DNA of 64,000 nt, taken from NCBI GenBank assembly GCA_964106915.2, contig OZ066915.1; one strand, given 5' to 3'. The notes beneath the pieces were generated by a model. That model had not been told where the DNA came from, searched no databases, and saw nothing but the letters and a program-made list of their open reading frames with translations. Shown here piece after piece: positions 51,996 through 64,000 of this stretch (position 1 is its first letter; each line of letters begins with the position of its first letter). Source of the DNA: Podarcis gaigeae (taxonomy: Eukaryota). The position numbers and the translations under genes were made by a program.

Positions 51996-54900
51996 CCCGT
52001 ATGGCCAGGTATAAATCTGAGTCCACTGATTTATAGGGGCACGATCAACTTGCTTTCCCTTAGAAACCGAAACAAGTGGATACTTTTAATACAGGCTGGT
52101 GATTTTCTCGGCAGATAAGTCAGACGGGCTTGTATTGACTTGTTCCATTATGTTCGCTGATTCTGAAGGCGTGAGAATCTCTCAGAGTCATGTTCTCATG
52201 ATTTTATAGGATGTGTTATGGCAAAGATCTAAAAAGTGATGATTTCATCATGAACTGTAAGCACCATTATCAAAATGATGACTGTTGCAAAACCACATAC
52301 AGTATCTTGAGTTACCCGAAACTACACTAATACCACTTGTTAGTTTAATAGGGAAGTCTGATGGCTTTTTATTTTTATTTATTTTTTAAAAAACAAAACT
52401 TACTTACATTGCTGTTTGAATTAGAAATTAAATTAAAACATTAAATGAATTAATGTGAAATATTCAAATGAGGGGACTGTAAGTAATGATAAAAACAAGA
52501 GACCAATAGCATGTCAAAATAAACAAATTTATTACAGTTTGAGCTTTCGTCTTTAATCTCATTAGATTTACATAGAAGGCAGCTTCATATATCTGATAAA
52601 AATCTCATGCCATGAAGGTGTGACATGAGCAGTTGAGTTTTTGTTTAAAATAATAAGAGATATATAGTATTTTAGATTATTTTGTTTGTATTTTTATTAT
52701 ATTATTCAACTAATAATGCATGGATTTATCATTGGTTTAGATTATTAAAAGAAAAGCACACTGTTTAATCTTTGTAAAGTACTAAGGGACTAATTTTTGT
52801 GATTTCTGAGGAGTCTGGGATCCAAAGGACTACTTAAAGGATGCTCAAGAGGGATTTTTATCTGTTTATCAGCAGGTCCAACAAACAAGCAGCCATTTAG
52901 TGTGTGAGTGGCTGCTGGTAGGAAAACATTGGATCCCACCCATAGAAATACAAACAAAATAGAATCGTGGTTTGGGAAAATTCTAAATTCAAATAAGTGT
53001 GTCGCAGAGTTAATAAATTTAATTATTTTGTTTCTATACATGCACAGTTTTATTTAGATAGTATTGTTAGAAAATCAACACATTACTTATTATGAAATGA
53101 GATTCAGCAACAACAAACAAACCAGTTTTTGGAGAGTGCAGGTTGAATTTTGAGTAATGGCGTAGAACCAAAGACGGAAGAATTGTAACAGACTTGGTGA
53201 GTTCAGTTTGTACCAGTTATACCTTTGTGCTAGCTTGTAAGTCCCAGAGCAAATAATGCTTTAAGTTACTGTTGTCACAACAAACTATTCCCCAGGATTA
53301 CCAAGTTAATAGACTTCGACTGTTTGAATTATACAAATATGTTATATAAGCACAATGTTGATATTGATAGATAAATATATTTATTCATTTTCCTAGTGTG
53401 CAGAATGCTATATTATTTTATGGAGGTAGATTCACATTTTAATAAATTAACATTTGCACTGTATGATCTCTCCGTGAGAAGCAGAAAGCAGTATGGAACT
53501 ATATATGTTTGCTAAAGTGCATTAAAAGCAATCCTGGATTTTTATTTTTATTTGCAGGAAAAGTTGTTTTTAGAAGAAAAGTATGCTCCCTTATATCTGA
53601 GTTTCCCAGACTAGATTGAGGTATATCATTCCAACTCAGAAAATTCAGTAACCAAACTTATTTCTGGAAGTATCGGCTTCATCAGTTGTTCCAAGTGGTA
53701 ATGGGAAACACTGGATACAAAGTAACTTTGTTTGCTTAGATGGTTAGGATTTATTTACATTATGTTTAGAATTGCAGCAATAAGCTGTTACTGTATTATT
53801 ACTATTACTGTACACATTTAATTGGAAGTAGGGAAGTTTATTAGAATTTTGTGGGGAGGTGTTTAAAGCAAACTGCAGTTGTTTTTGCAAGGCAAATCAC
53901 TGTGCACTGCAAAATGCCACTTGGTGGCTTTTGGATAGGTGTAAAAAGGTATTTCCTGCGCTCTACTCATACCCTCCTGGTTGCAGTTTCTTTCATATTG
54001 TGCTAAGCTGGGCTGTACTATACTATTATCATTGAACCCAGCAATTGCAGCAAAGATCAACATCACCAGAAAAAAGTACGCAGTTTTATTTGTCTGTCAG
54101 TTCTTTTTTTGTTTCTTTAAAGATTACAAAACCTGCAACATATGGCTATTACAGGAATATTATGAGGAATATTTTTCAGTGAATAAATGTAATTGTTGCT
54201 TTTTCCTTCTTTGTAGTAGCTTACTTTTTTAAAAATACAAAGGGACAGCTCCGATTTTATTTTTTTATTGCAGACAATGCAATGCAGACAATGGTATAAT
54301 TATCTTGCTTAATAGTTCGATGCTATGAATGGCTGCGCAACCATTTTTGAAGAACATTAATACGCACACGCTTGGCTGCTGTTGCAGCATTCTTTTTGGT
54401 GATATTGATCTGGCTGACGAGTCCTCACTGGGGTGGAGCATTTTGAAGGGCATGCTGTGATTAAAATATTGTGATGTGGCATTATTGCATAACTCAAGAT
54501 CATGCCATTGTCACCTATCCAGCGTTTTGCAAGAACAAGACTTCTGAGTTTTATTTCACTTTAGATTTTACAGTGGTTGACTGCTCTTCCCTTCTGGGCT
54601 TTTAATCTTTAAAACTAAAATATCTACTCTTACAAAAATATCAATTTGTGCATGATAGAGGACAACAAAAGGACAGACATGCTAGGTCAAGATGGACTGT
54701 GAGGAAGAGTCATTAAGATTCAGATATATCAGTGTAGCAAACATCTGGTCCCAATATTAAAAATAAAATTCTTTAAAAATAGCTTAAAACCATTTTGAGC
54801 TAGTAAGAATAAGCCCTTAATCATTTTTGAATGTCTAATAGACCAGTGTAAATTCATTCTCAAACTATGTTTTTCCCCTCTTTGGTCCACCTCTGTATAT

Positions 54901-55379
54901 AAAATAAGTATTTCCATTAACTGAAGACCATTAACTAGGACAAATGTAGCAGTTGAAATCAATCTGAGTAAAAGTTAGAAACCTTGGAAATAGTCCCCCC
55001 CTTTATTTATTAGAAGTAAATACTCCAGTAGAACACAACACAATAAGCTGAACATAATAAGTTAAGCAAGGAACTTAAAATACGTACTTTTAACTTGAAA
55101 ATAAAGCATGGTTTCTTAATCAAGCTTTGCAACCTCAAGACTGCCACAGTAGTACAAAAAACAAGATTCTTTTTAGGTAGAGACTAAAATAGCATTTTTT
55201 TGGTTTTTAATTTAAACTTGCTGAAGAAATGCACCTGCTCATAGAGGAGTTGCCTTTCTTGAGAGGACAGTAAAACACAAGCACAGGCTAACAACTTAGC
55301 TAAACATTCCTTCAGTTAGTTGATGGCTTTTCCTTTTAAATCTCTTGTTTTTTGGTTGCTGGTTTTAAAGTCCACTCAC

Positions 55380-55480
55380 CTGTGAGTTTGGGAACCGAGG
55401 TCCAAGATGTTCCGAGTTGTTAAACTGTTGCTGTCAGTGTTGAGAGAGAAGTACCTGTTTGCTGCTTGATTAAGTGAAAC
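55380..55480 (-). other. ZNF750: Putative non-coding exon 1 of ZNF750 (TSS approximate)
   Basis: Perfect minus-strand donor CAG|GTGAGT at 55380/55379 and a TATA-like TTTTAA at ~55509-55514. Mammalian ZNF750 has a non-coding exon 1. Confidence 0.55.
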
Positions 55481-56006
55481 TGAAGGAGGCTGTTTCAATG
55501 GGAGGGACTTAAAAGTGTAGGAGTTGAACCCTGCGGGTGTAGAGATGCACCTGATATTACTTCAGCCTGAAGCTACAGTTCATGTGTTTCCATCTACTCT
55601 TTTCATTTGATATTACCTCAGCATCTCAGCTATTGAGCAGCAGCACTCTTGTCATGTTTGTGCCCTCTAACAAGCAAGTTTTTGTTTCTCCCACTAAGTT
55701 AATAATCTCCTGTCAAGGGGAACGGAACACGGTACAGACACGTTTCTCAGTTTAAGATCTTTTAAACCATTTCTGAGTGAGAAGCAGATCATCACAAAGG
55801 CTTTAAAAGATTATAAAACAGTAGTAGAAATTGTAGGCTGCTGCACGGGACGTTTCTTGGTTTGGTTTTGTGTGTGTGGTGGATTGTGAGAATACTTGAA
55901 TGCTGCTAGATTCCTCCTCCTCCCCCCCCCCCCCCGCTGTTGTCCTCATGATAACTTCTGCCTGGGAACGGCGAGACAGAACTAACTCAAAGCCTACTTG
56001 CTGTAG

Positions 56007-56026
56007 GAACCTGCCAAAGCTTGCCA
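56007..56026. promoter_or_regulatory. Candidate p63/p53-family response element upstream of ZNF750
   Basis: Two adjacent decamers GAACCTGCCA|AAGCTTGCCA approximating RRRCWWGYYY x2 with no spacer. Confidence 0.4.
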
Positions 56027-56214
56027 GGAATCGGCAGCCAATTGCATTGTAATGGAAAGGAGTCACCTCTGTAGGAAACTGAATATTTGCTTAGTTTCTC
56101 TGTTCAGTAGTTCAACTTCCCAGCCACTGAACACACTGCATGGCAATTGTACTATTATTGTTTGATAACTCTCCACCACATGTGAGAGAAGGGGGGTGTC
56201 AGTATACCATTGTA

Positions 56215-56267
<53 letters not shown>
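56215..56267. repeat. (AAT)n microsatellite
   Basis: Directly visible. Confidence 0.95.
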
Positions 56268-56268
<1 letters not shown>

Positions 56269-56514
56269 TGGCTGCAGATTGGGCTTCCTTACTCTGCCCC
56301 ATTCAGTCATGCTGTTTCTCCTTGTCATTGACTCTTCTCTTCCCCCGTTTGTGGGATCTGGGCTATCCTAGTTGCCTTTTTAACACTGGGATAGAGCCAC
56401 AAGCAACACTGTTGTACAGGGCAGCATTATGGAGGCTACCTGAAAGACTCTCTTAACCTTCTAAGATCCAGTACCATTGTAAGTAAAATGAGAGAGCCAT
56501 GTAGTACAGTCAGT

Positions 56515-56578
56515 GTAGAATTGGTAATGTGCTTTGGTAGAATTGGTAATGTGCTTGTAGAATTGGTAGTGTGCTTTG
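56515..56578. repeat. Three copies of a 20-22 bp tandem repeat
   Basis: GTAGAATTGGTA(A/G)TGTGCTT(TG) x3. Confidence 0.9.
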
Positions 56579-57870
56579 TGGCTTGTATACAGTTATAACA
56601 TGGTTAGCTGACTAAGTAAGTACTAAATTACAAAGCTATAGCTGTGAATGAGTAAGTCTAAGGGTTTTTATTTTATTTTATATGGTTTTTAGATCGGTCT
56701 ATACCCAAAGTGAAGGCACAATCTATTTTGCTAACCATGCACAATGTATAATCTGAAAATTGTTTGTTTCAAATTGCATAATTTGAAAGTGTTTGTTGTT
56801 AATTATATATAAAACCCTGTGTTGTTTAGTATTTTTTTTTTTGCAAAATCTCCCTCTCCATACACATGAAAGGTGCTGCCTACAGCAGTGTTTGTAAGGG
56901 GTGTGAGAGAGAGACAGAGACAGAGAGAGAGAGAGAGAAAGAGAGTGCATTTTGGTTACTGAAACAAATGAGCCAATGCTACCTGGCCTCTGTTTAGTGC
57001 ATAGGTGATTAGCTGTGGCAGGATGGAGATGTGCACTTGGAAACCCATCAAATTTCCCATCCTGTTGAAAGTAATTAAATGTGGGTGGACAACACTTGCA
57101 GCAGGATGCAGTTGCCATCCATCTGTTTTCTGTCTCAACTATATTCATCTATATTCTGTCTCAACTAGTTACGTGCAGGGCGGTCAAGAGGCAAGTAGAG
57201 AGGGTACTGATTCACAGCCAACAGAAGCACAGACTTTCATTAAGTTTTTGTGTAAATTTTCTTGCGGCGCTAGTTATGGGACTGGAAACGGAAGTGTCAA
57301 CTTCATCTCTTGTGGTCTATCACAGTGGACACTAAGGCAAAATGTGCCCTCTACTTTAAAAACAACTCAAGATGAATTGTACATTTATGAGTACATTTAT
57401 GAATTTTGCCTTCTGTGCAGCATTCAGATATGCCGGTTTTAGCTCACTGGCTTCTCTTATTTTGACAGATGTTTTGCACACGCTTTTTAAAATTTAGCAT
57501 TGGAGCCATAAGTAGTATGTGTATGGTTTTTAAAGGATGAGTGAAATTCTTATGAAGCCGAAGTTAATGTCCAATACACCATTTTGTATTTGTCCATTCC
57601 ACACTAGAACTGTCAAGAAGAGGGGAAGCTGCTTTTGTTCCATATGAGATCTCCCTCGGTTCCTTAATTTCTCTCCTTTACAAGTAAAAAGGTGCATCAT
57701 CACAGATCTCTGAGAAGGTTGCCACTGAAAGCTAAAATTAAGCTTCTTTGTCACAATGGAAGAACCATACATACACAGATCTATTCCAAGGAATTACAGG
57801 GTATTAAGGATCAGAAGGATAATGCACATGGCCAACACATGGTCAGGCACCAGATCAAATGTTCAAGGTT

Positions 57871-58560
57871 CATAGAGTCATAGAATTGTAGAGTTGTAAG
57901 GGACCCCAGGGGTCATCTAGTCCACCCCCTGCAATGCAGGAATCTCAGTTAAATTATACATGGCAGCTGGCCAGCCAGATTGGCAGGGTATAAATAATAA
58001 ATTGTTGTTGTTGTTGTTGTTGTTAAAAAACATCCAAGGAAGCAGAACCCACTACCTCTTGTGGAAGTCTGTCCCACTATTGAACAGCTGTTACTGTCAG
58101 GAAGTTATTCCTTGTGTGTAGTTGGAATCTCCTTTCTTGTAACTTGAAGCCATTGGTTCAGGTCCTACCCTCCGGAGCAGAAGAATGCAAACTTGCCCCA
58201 TCTTCCATGTGGTAGCCCTTTAGATATTTGAAGATTACTATCATGCCTTCTCTCAGTCTCCCCTTTTCCAGGGTAACATACCAAACTCTCAACTATTCCT
58301 TATAATGCTTGGTTTCCAGACCCTTGATCATCTTGGTTGTCCCCCTTTGCACACGTTCCAGCTTGTCAATATCCTTCTTAAATTGTGGTGTCCAGAACTG
58401 GACACAGTACACCAGGTTGGGTCTGACCAAAGCAGAATAGACACTAGACTTCTGCAGGGTCTTAACAATTGCAGCACCCTTTTCTAAGTGTTCACAGACC
58501 AACTGCTTAATTTTCTGTTCTAGGACATTTCCTGGTATCGTTGTCAAGCTCACCGGTCAT
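57871..58560 (-). mobile_element. CR1 LINE fragment with an internal deletion
   Basis: [40 protein letters not shown] is CR1 ORF2; CR1 3' stem-loop and (ATTCTATG)-type tail at 57871. Confidence 0.85.
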
Positions 58561-59628
58561 AGGCAAGTGCAGAGTAAGAGCCAGGCAGATTTAGTTTGAA
58601 GGAAGCAGTAGAGGGCTTGAAGGGTGACCATGATCTGAAGGAGCAGGAGAATAAGTAGAATGCTTGTGCTCAAAGAGAAGATGGATGGACTAATGGGCTG
58701 ACCTAGCCTGCTGATTCACTGGGAGAATCAGATGACAGTAGGCTAGGAGGTCTGCTGCTTCTTTTCAGGTTGGAATGACAGCCTAGAGGCCTGCCTTTTC
58801 CTTCAGGTCTTGTCTGTGTGGCCTGTTAAGGACCCAAAGTGCTGGAGGTGCAGAAGGTAAGCTGCTGAAGGTCCTGGTTTGAGATCCCCTGCTGTGCCTT
58901 ACACAGTGTAGGCTTGTGAACATCCCCTAATAATATAGGGTGGGATTTAACTAATGAACCCCATCAGCAGAAACCCATGCAAGGACTTCCTCTAGTGCAG
59001 CTGTGCTTTCTCCCATCTCATGTGCCCCATTGGCTGTGGGGGAGGGTTGAGAGAACCCCCAGAACAGCATGGGAGGAAGGAGAGGGCAGATTGTTTGTTC
59101 CATCAAGTAAGCAGACATGTTTGTGCTAAGAGGGCATTCTGCTGAGTGTATTCCTCCCCACTGTATTGTCAGTTCCCTTCTTGTTATGCATGTGAACAAG
59201 GATATGATCTGTTGTTGTTTTTAACAATACATTCTAGCATCTACTTTCTAAATGATATAAATAATTTCTAAGGTGTTTTCACAGCAGACTGTCAACTGAG
59301 AGTCCCCAGAGTTTTTATGGTGGATATACTGTTGACGATTATTTTAGGTGTGTCCAGTTGACATGCAGTCACCAATGAAAAGGTGGTTTTGGATTCAGAA
59401 GAAGACAGAACAGGGATGGGGGGTTTGCTTATACGTGCTCCGCCGATGCATGCGGGGCTGGGAACAGAACCCCTGCACAAAATGGTCACTGCCTGTACTA
59501 TCAAGCCCACAAAATCTTGCACGATCATCCCATCCAACAAATACATTTTCCAGAGCCCATGCTCATAATCCCCCTCCCCCATAAATAAATATATCAAACC
59601 TATGGTTTGTTGGGGGATAGGGCTGATA

Positions 59629-59840
59629 CAGTGGTACCTCGGGTTACAGACGCTTCAGGTTACAGACTCCGCTAACCCAGAAATACTACCTCGGGTTAAG
59701 AACTTTGTTTCAGGATGAGAACAGAAATCGTGCAGCGGTGGGAGGCCCCATTAGCTAAACTGGTACCTCAGGTTAAGAACAGTTTCAGGTTAAGAACGGA
59801 CCTCCAGAACAAATTAAGTTCTTGACCCGAGGTACCACTG
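59629..59840. mobile_element. Tigger/pogo-like MITE, family A copy 5
   Basis: TA-CAGTGGTACCTCGGG...CCCGAGGTACCACTG-TA. Confidence 0.9.
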
Positions 59841-61307
59841 TAGTAGGATCTGTAGTAAACATCTAAATATACTCGTCACTAATCAACATCAGAATGCCAT
59901 TGTTCTACACCTTGCCTTTCAAAATTTCTTCATTAGCCTTACTGCAGACCACAGTTGTCAGCTCTAAGCCTGACCATACACTGCAGCTTTCTTTCATCCT
60001 AAGCGCCTTTCCCACTGTTTACCTTCTAAAATCCTCTTGCATGTAAAAAAAGGGTTGCTTGCCTCATCCTGTCAGCTTCATTAATCCTGTTATCCATTTG
60101 TCCTTTTCCATTGACTAAGGACACCCCCCCATTCCCCCCTCTCCCCTTTTGACTCCACATGTTGGCACATTGAATATTCTTCACTCATTAACTCCTTGCT
60201 GTTAATTTTAAATGGCCTGGAGAAGGGACTGGTGCATAGAAAATCAGTGGTTGATGATAGTAGGTCAATCTTTGCCCTGTCTTGTTCTTGACCTGAAGAT
60301 GGTTCAGTATTTTGTGGGGGGGGGGGATATGATTGGGCAGATGTGGCTCGTGCTTGGGACCCCAAAGGACCTGATGAGGCTTGACAACCCTTGTTGTATA
60401 CTCTGTAAGTTTGTCTTAGTTTTCTTTGTTTCTTGTGCTGTTGAATCAGAGGGAAGCCAGGGTAGCGATGTTGGCCTCTGGGCATGATCCTAGCGCAGCA
60501 AAGAGCTTATTAAAAGCCAGCCACTCCCTGGAAGTGGTAGCTGCTAGGCAGACCTGCTCAACTGGGCTGTAGCTGAAGTAGAGCAGAATGTGCAGGTGCA
60601 GCAGGCATTGAATTAAACTGGAGGCAATAGAGCAAAATACCGGGATATGCAAGTTCAGGGAGTAGAGCCCTGGAGACAGGATGCTTCTTGTTTTCTTCAC
60701 TAATGAATATAACTGGTCCTGGTCAAATTGATACTGGCAGCTGTTTTTCCATTGTTGGGGTGAATTTATTGTCCTCTCATCTAGCGTTGTATAATTATTA
60801 TAAGCATGTAGACCAGTCACCTGATAGGTGACACCCATTAAAAGAAGATGAACGCAATAGTCATATTGGAGGCGATATAATTCCAGGCTTGATGCAACGC
60901 TGATTGTTATCATTGTTATTCTCCTAACAGTGCGGCACTTGGGATGAATTAATGCCAGCACATTTGGAGTGTCATTTGGAAAAGTGGTGTCTGTCTGTCT
61001 TCTTTTTAATCAAAGCTGCTGTGCTTAAAAGTACACAGGTTCCACTATGTAGCTAAGGACCTGTATCACTTAAAACAAACTTTAGCTTCTGAGATTCAGT
61101 GTGCTTTGAGAATAGGCATTCAGAATGTTCTTCTCAGATGTGTCTGAGAAACTGTATCCTCTCAAAGAAAGTGTATTTTCATTAGTATAAATTCTGGAGA
61201 CATGTGAAATATATTGGAAGTTCAGTTTTACAGAAGAAAATAACATTATCACAGGCATGGGACTTCTTTAGAAGAATGTAGCCATATTTCAGCTTGTTGT
61301 CTGTTCC

Positions 61308-61352
<45 letters not shown>

Positions 61353-61694
61353 TTATTATTTATACCCCGCCCATCTGGCTGGGCCTCCCCAGCCACTCTG
61401 GGCGGCTTCCATAGAAACCAAAAATACAGTAAAATATCACACGTTAAAAACTTCCCTGAAGTTTTCCCTTTCCCTTAAGATGTCTTCTGAATGTCAGGTA
61501 GTTGTTTATCGCTTTGACATCTGCTGGAAGGGCGTTCCACAGGGCGGGCGCCACTACCGAGAAGGCCCTCTGCCTGGTTCCCTGTAGCTTTGCTTCTCGC
61601 AATGAGGGAACCGCCAGAAGGCCCTCGGCGCTGGACCTCAGCGTCCGGGCAGAATGAGGGGGGTTGGAGACGCTCCTTCAGGTATACTGGACCC
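61308..61694 (-). mobile_element. L2 LINE 3' end with (AAT)n tail
   Basis: Nearly identical to 15779-16133. Confidence 0.85.
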
Positions 61695-64000
61695 ATATAT
61701 AATCTTCTCTTGATGGTACTTTCTTACACCTTCAGATCCATTTTATACGACAGTATTACCTTGGATAAATAGCAGAAACCAGTTTAAGAACTAGCTGTAC
61801 CCCTAAACTTGCAAAAAAAAATTACACAATCTCTTTTCAAGTGTCCTCTCTCAGTCCTGTTTGCATAATTGCTGACTTACATTTAACACCTTTTGAGACA
61901 CTCTTTTGTCCTTCCTAATGACTTCTAATCTCCAAATTTGGTGGCATGTTACAAGTCAGAGCAAGTTGGCTAGATAATACCCTTAGTTTCTAGGTAGTAC
62001 AAAGGCTTTCTATTGGGGGGAAATAAAAAATGTTTACATCTTGAGTCATCTTAAATTTTCTGACATGGAACATAAGAATTAAGTTGTGGATCACTTGTAG
62101 CTGGGGCTTGCTGCTGGCTGATTTGAGACTCAGTATGTTGGTCTGTTAGTGCTTTTCCTATTTAACATTAGTTAGCAGGGTGCTTTATGCTGTAAGGACA
62201 CTGGATAGGATCACTGAATTTCTTAGCCATGAAACTTTGAGATGGAGTGTTAAGAGATGCTGTGTCTCTCAAGCATGATGCTAGAGATGGCCCCCACTTC
62301 TCTTGTTGTCAGGTTGGCAAAGAATAGGCAAAACGAATATTGAACATATAGAAAAAGAAAGCAGACTGAGATGAAAGAACCACAGGGCAGGTGATAACCA
62401 GATGTTGGACTACAGCTCAGCCAGCATGACCCGTGGTCTAAGACTATTTGACTTGCACAGCTAATGATCAGCAGACAAAACTAACCAAGTTACAGTTGTG
62501 TTGGTGAGGATTCTTTGCTTCCAAACTTAATTTATCCCATTTGTACTGATCAGTAAGCATTGATACACTACACTACCTATTTATGTATATGTCCTGCTCC
62601 CAATTCCTAATTACTTAGATTGGTTTCTATGTTCCATGGAAGCAGTGAAAGGAGTTGTATGTTCCCCGTAATTTCAGAACTTTTACAAAGAGTGGGTGCG
62701 CATTTCTGCCACTTCATTAGGATAAATATACATACAACTTTTTTGTTCAGTAAACAGGGCATGTGGAAGGACATTTTGCTCATACAACCTTTTTTCTCTC
62801 TCTTACCACTTCTGTGAATTAGCCAACATGGCCTTTAATGAAATAGCTACGAGTTGGGAGTCTTTCCCTTTCTCCTTTTCTTTCTGTTGCACATTGTGTA
62901 AAGTTTGTCCCAGGTTCAGCACACAAGCATAGGGGTTCCCAAATTTTGGCTTGGCTTGAATTCTCTTGAAAGGATGGCTGGTTTCTTCCCATTCCTGGGA
63001 AGCTTCTGCAGAAGGCAATAGCACTGGGATGGGTTTTTGTATAAAAGGAAGGGAGAGCCTCCTTTCGCTTCCTCCACATTCTGCCTGCAGAAAAGGAGGT
63101 TAGTTCTCTTTCATGGCCAGGGCTTTTGCTTGAAGGGAGTCACTTGTTGCTGCTGAGGAGATAAATTAATTTATGGTCCCCTGCACATGCATAAAAAGGC
63201 AGAACATTATGCCCTCTAGAAAAGCGGCCTTCCTAGATGCCAGGGGTCATACAGCAAACCTGGAAGAGATTGTATTGTACAGGATCTGAACCAAGAATGT
63301 CGTATCTGATTAGACAATCTCTCTTTTAAACAAAAAAACAACAACACTTTTTGGCAGATTCACAGAACTTATTCAGCACAAGGAAGCACATTTACATGTT
63401 GCTTGCAGGAGAAAGGACTTGGCTAAATAGAATACTATGGGCGGTATTCAATTAAATCCTTTGGCTAGCACCTCAACGTTCTAGAAATTCGTTGGGGATT
63501 TTTTATTTTCCTTTTCCTTTCGTAGCTTTATTTAGAAAATATTATAATGCTCATGGTTGACGGTTGTTCAGAAACTGAGTTAAAGAACACAAGGAAAGGG
63601 TGCTTTTTTCATTACATTAAAAAGGTCTTTCTGAACTCTATAGTGATGGAAAGGCAGAAGTTGTTTCTGTGTTTCATGGGATTCAAAGCAGAGCTTCCTG
63701 TTGCAACCTGTAGTTAATGTTAAGTTAAGGATGGTCGGATAGAACAGGTGCTCATTAATACCTCTAGGCTACACGTACAGGTGACTGCATTTTAAAAAAG
63801 AATGCTGAAACTCAACAAGTGAATCTGGATTCTGTCAGTTTTCCATGTACAATATATGCAACCTGCTAGTCACATAGCAATTCTTTTAATTTGAAAACTT
63901 GTGTTTATGATAATGTTTTTGGTTATGTCAAATTGGTTATGTATATCTTTACCACCACATAAAAAGTTAATGGTACTTTTTCAATTTTGATAATAGGAGT

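Noticed and set aside
60446-60961. 171-aa ORF as a protein-coding gene
   Set aside because: It has a non-ATG start, no motif or homology I recognise, and no supporting exon structure.

Overview
This is vertebrate genomic DNA from a squamate reptile, probably a lacertid lizard (inferred from Sauria-type SINEs, lizard-type L2 3' ends and a tRNA-Lys/CR1 SINE). It covers the conserved FN3K-TBCD-ZNF750 locus. On the + strand are the last two coding exons of FN3K (2486-2608, 5376-5714), a CpG-island promoter (~8.8-9.4 kb), a putative non-coding first exon of TBCD, and the first 13 coding exons of TBCD (10104-42129; 1339 nt, open frame). ZNF750 (704 aa; CDS 50482-49077 + 46904-46196) is nested antisense in the large TBCD intron, which runs past the end of the window. 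The introns are full of transposons: hAT, Tc2-like and Tigger-like MITEs; L1, Rex1/Babar, L2, CR1 and RTE-like LINE fragments; and several SINEs. I found no convincing wholly new gene system. The most notable observations are: a frame-required GC-AG intron in TBCD; two different hAT elements stacked at the same 8-bp target; reciprocal SINE/MITE nesting; a MITE whose ends closely resemble mammalian Tigger1; a sense LINE probably inside the ZNF750 3' UTR; a tail-less RT fragment with a target-site duplication (TSD); an unexplained 116-nt near-perfect hairpin; and candidate enhancers. All comparisons to human proteins and repeat consensus sequences are from memory, not from a search.
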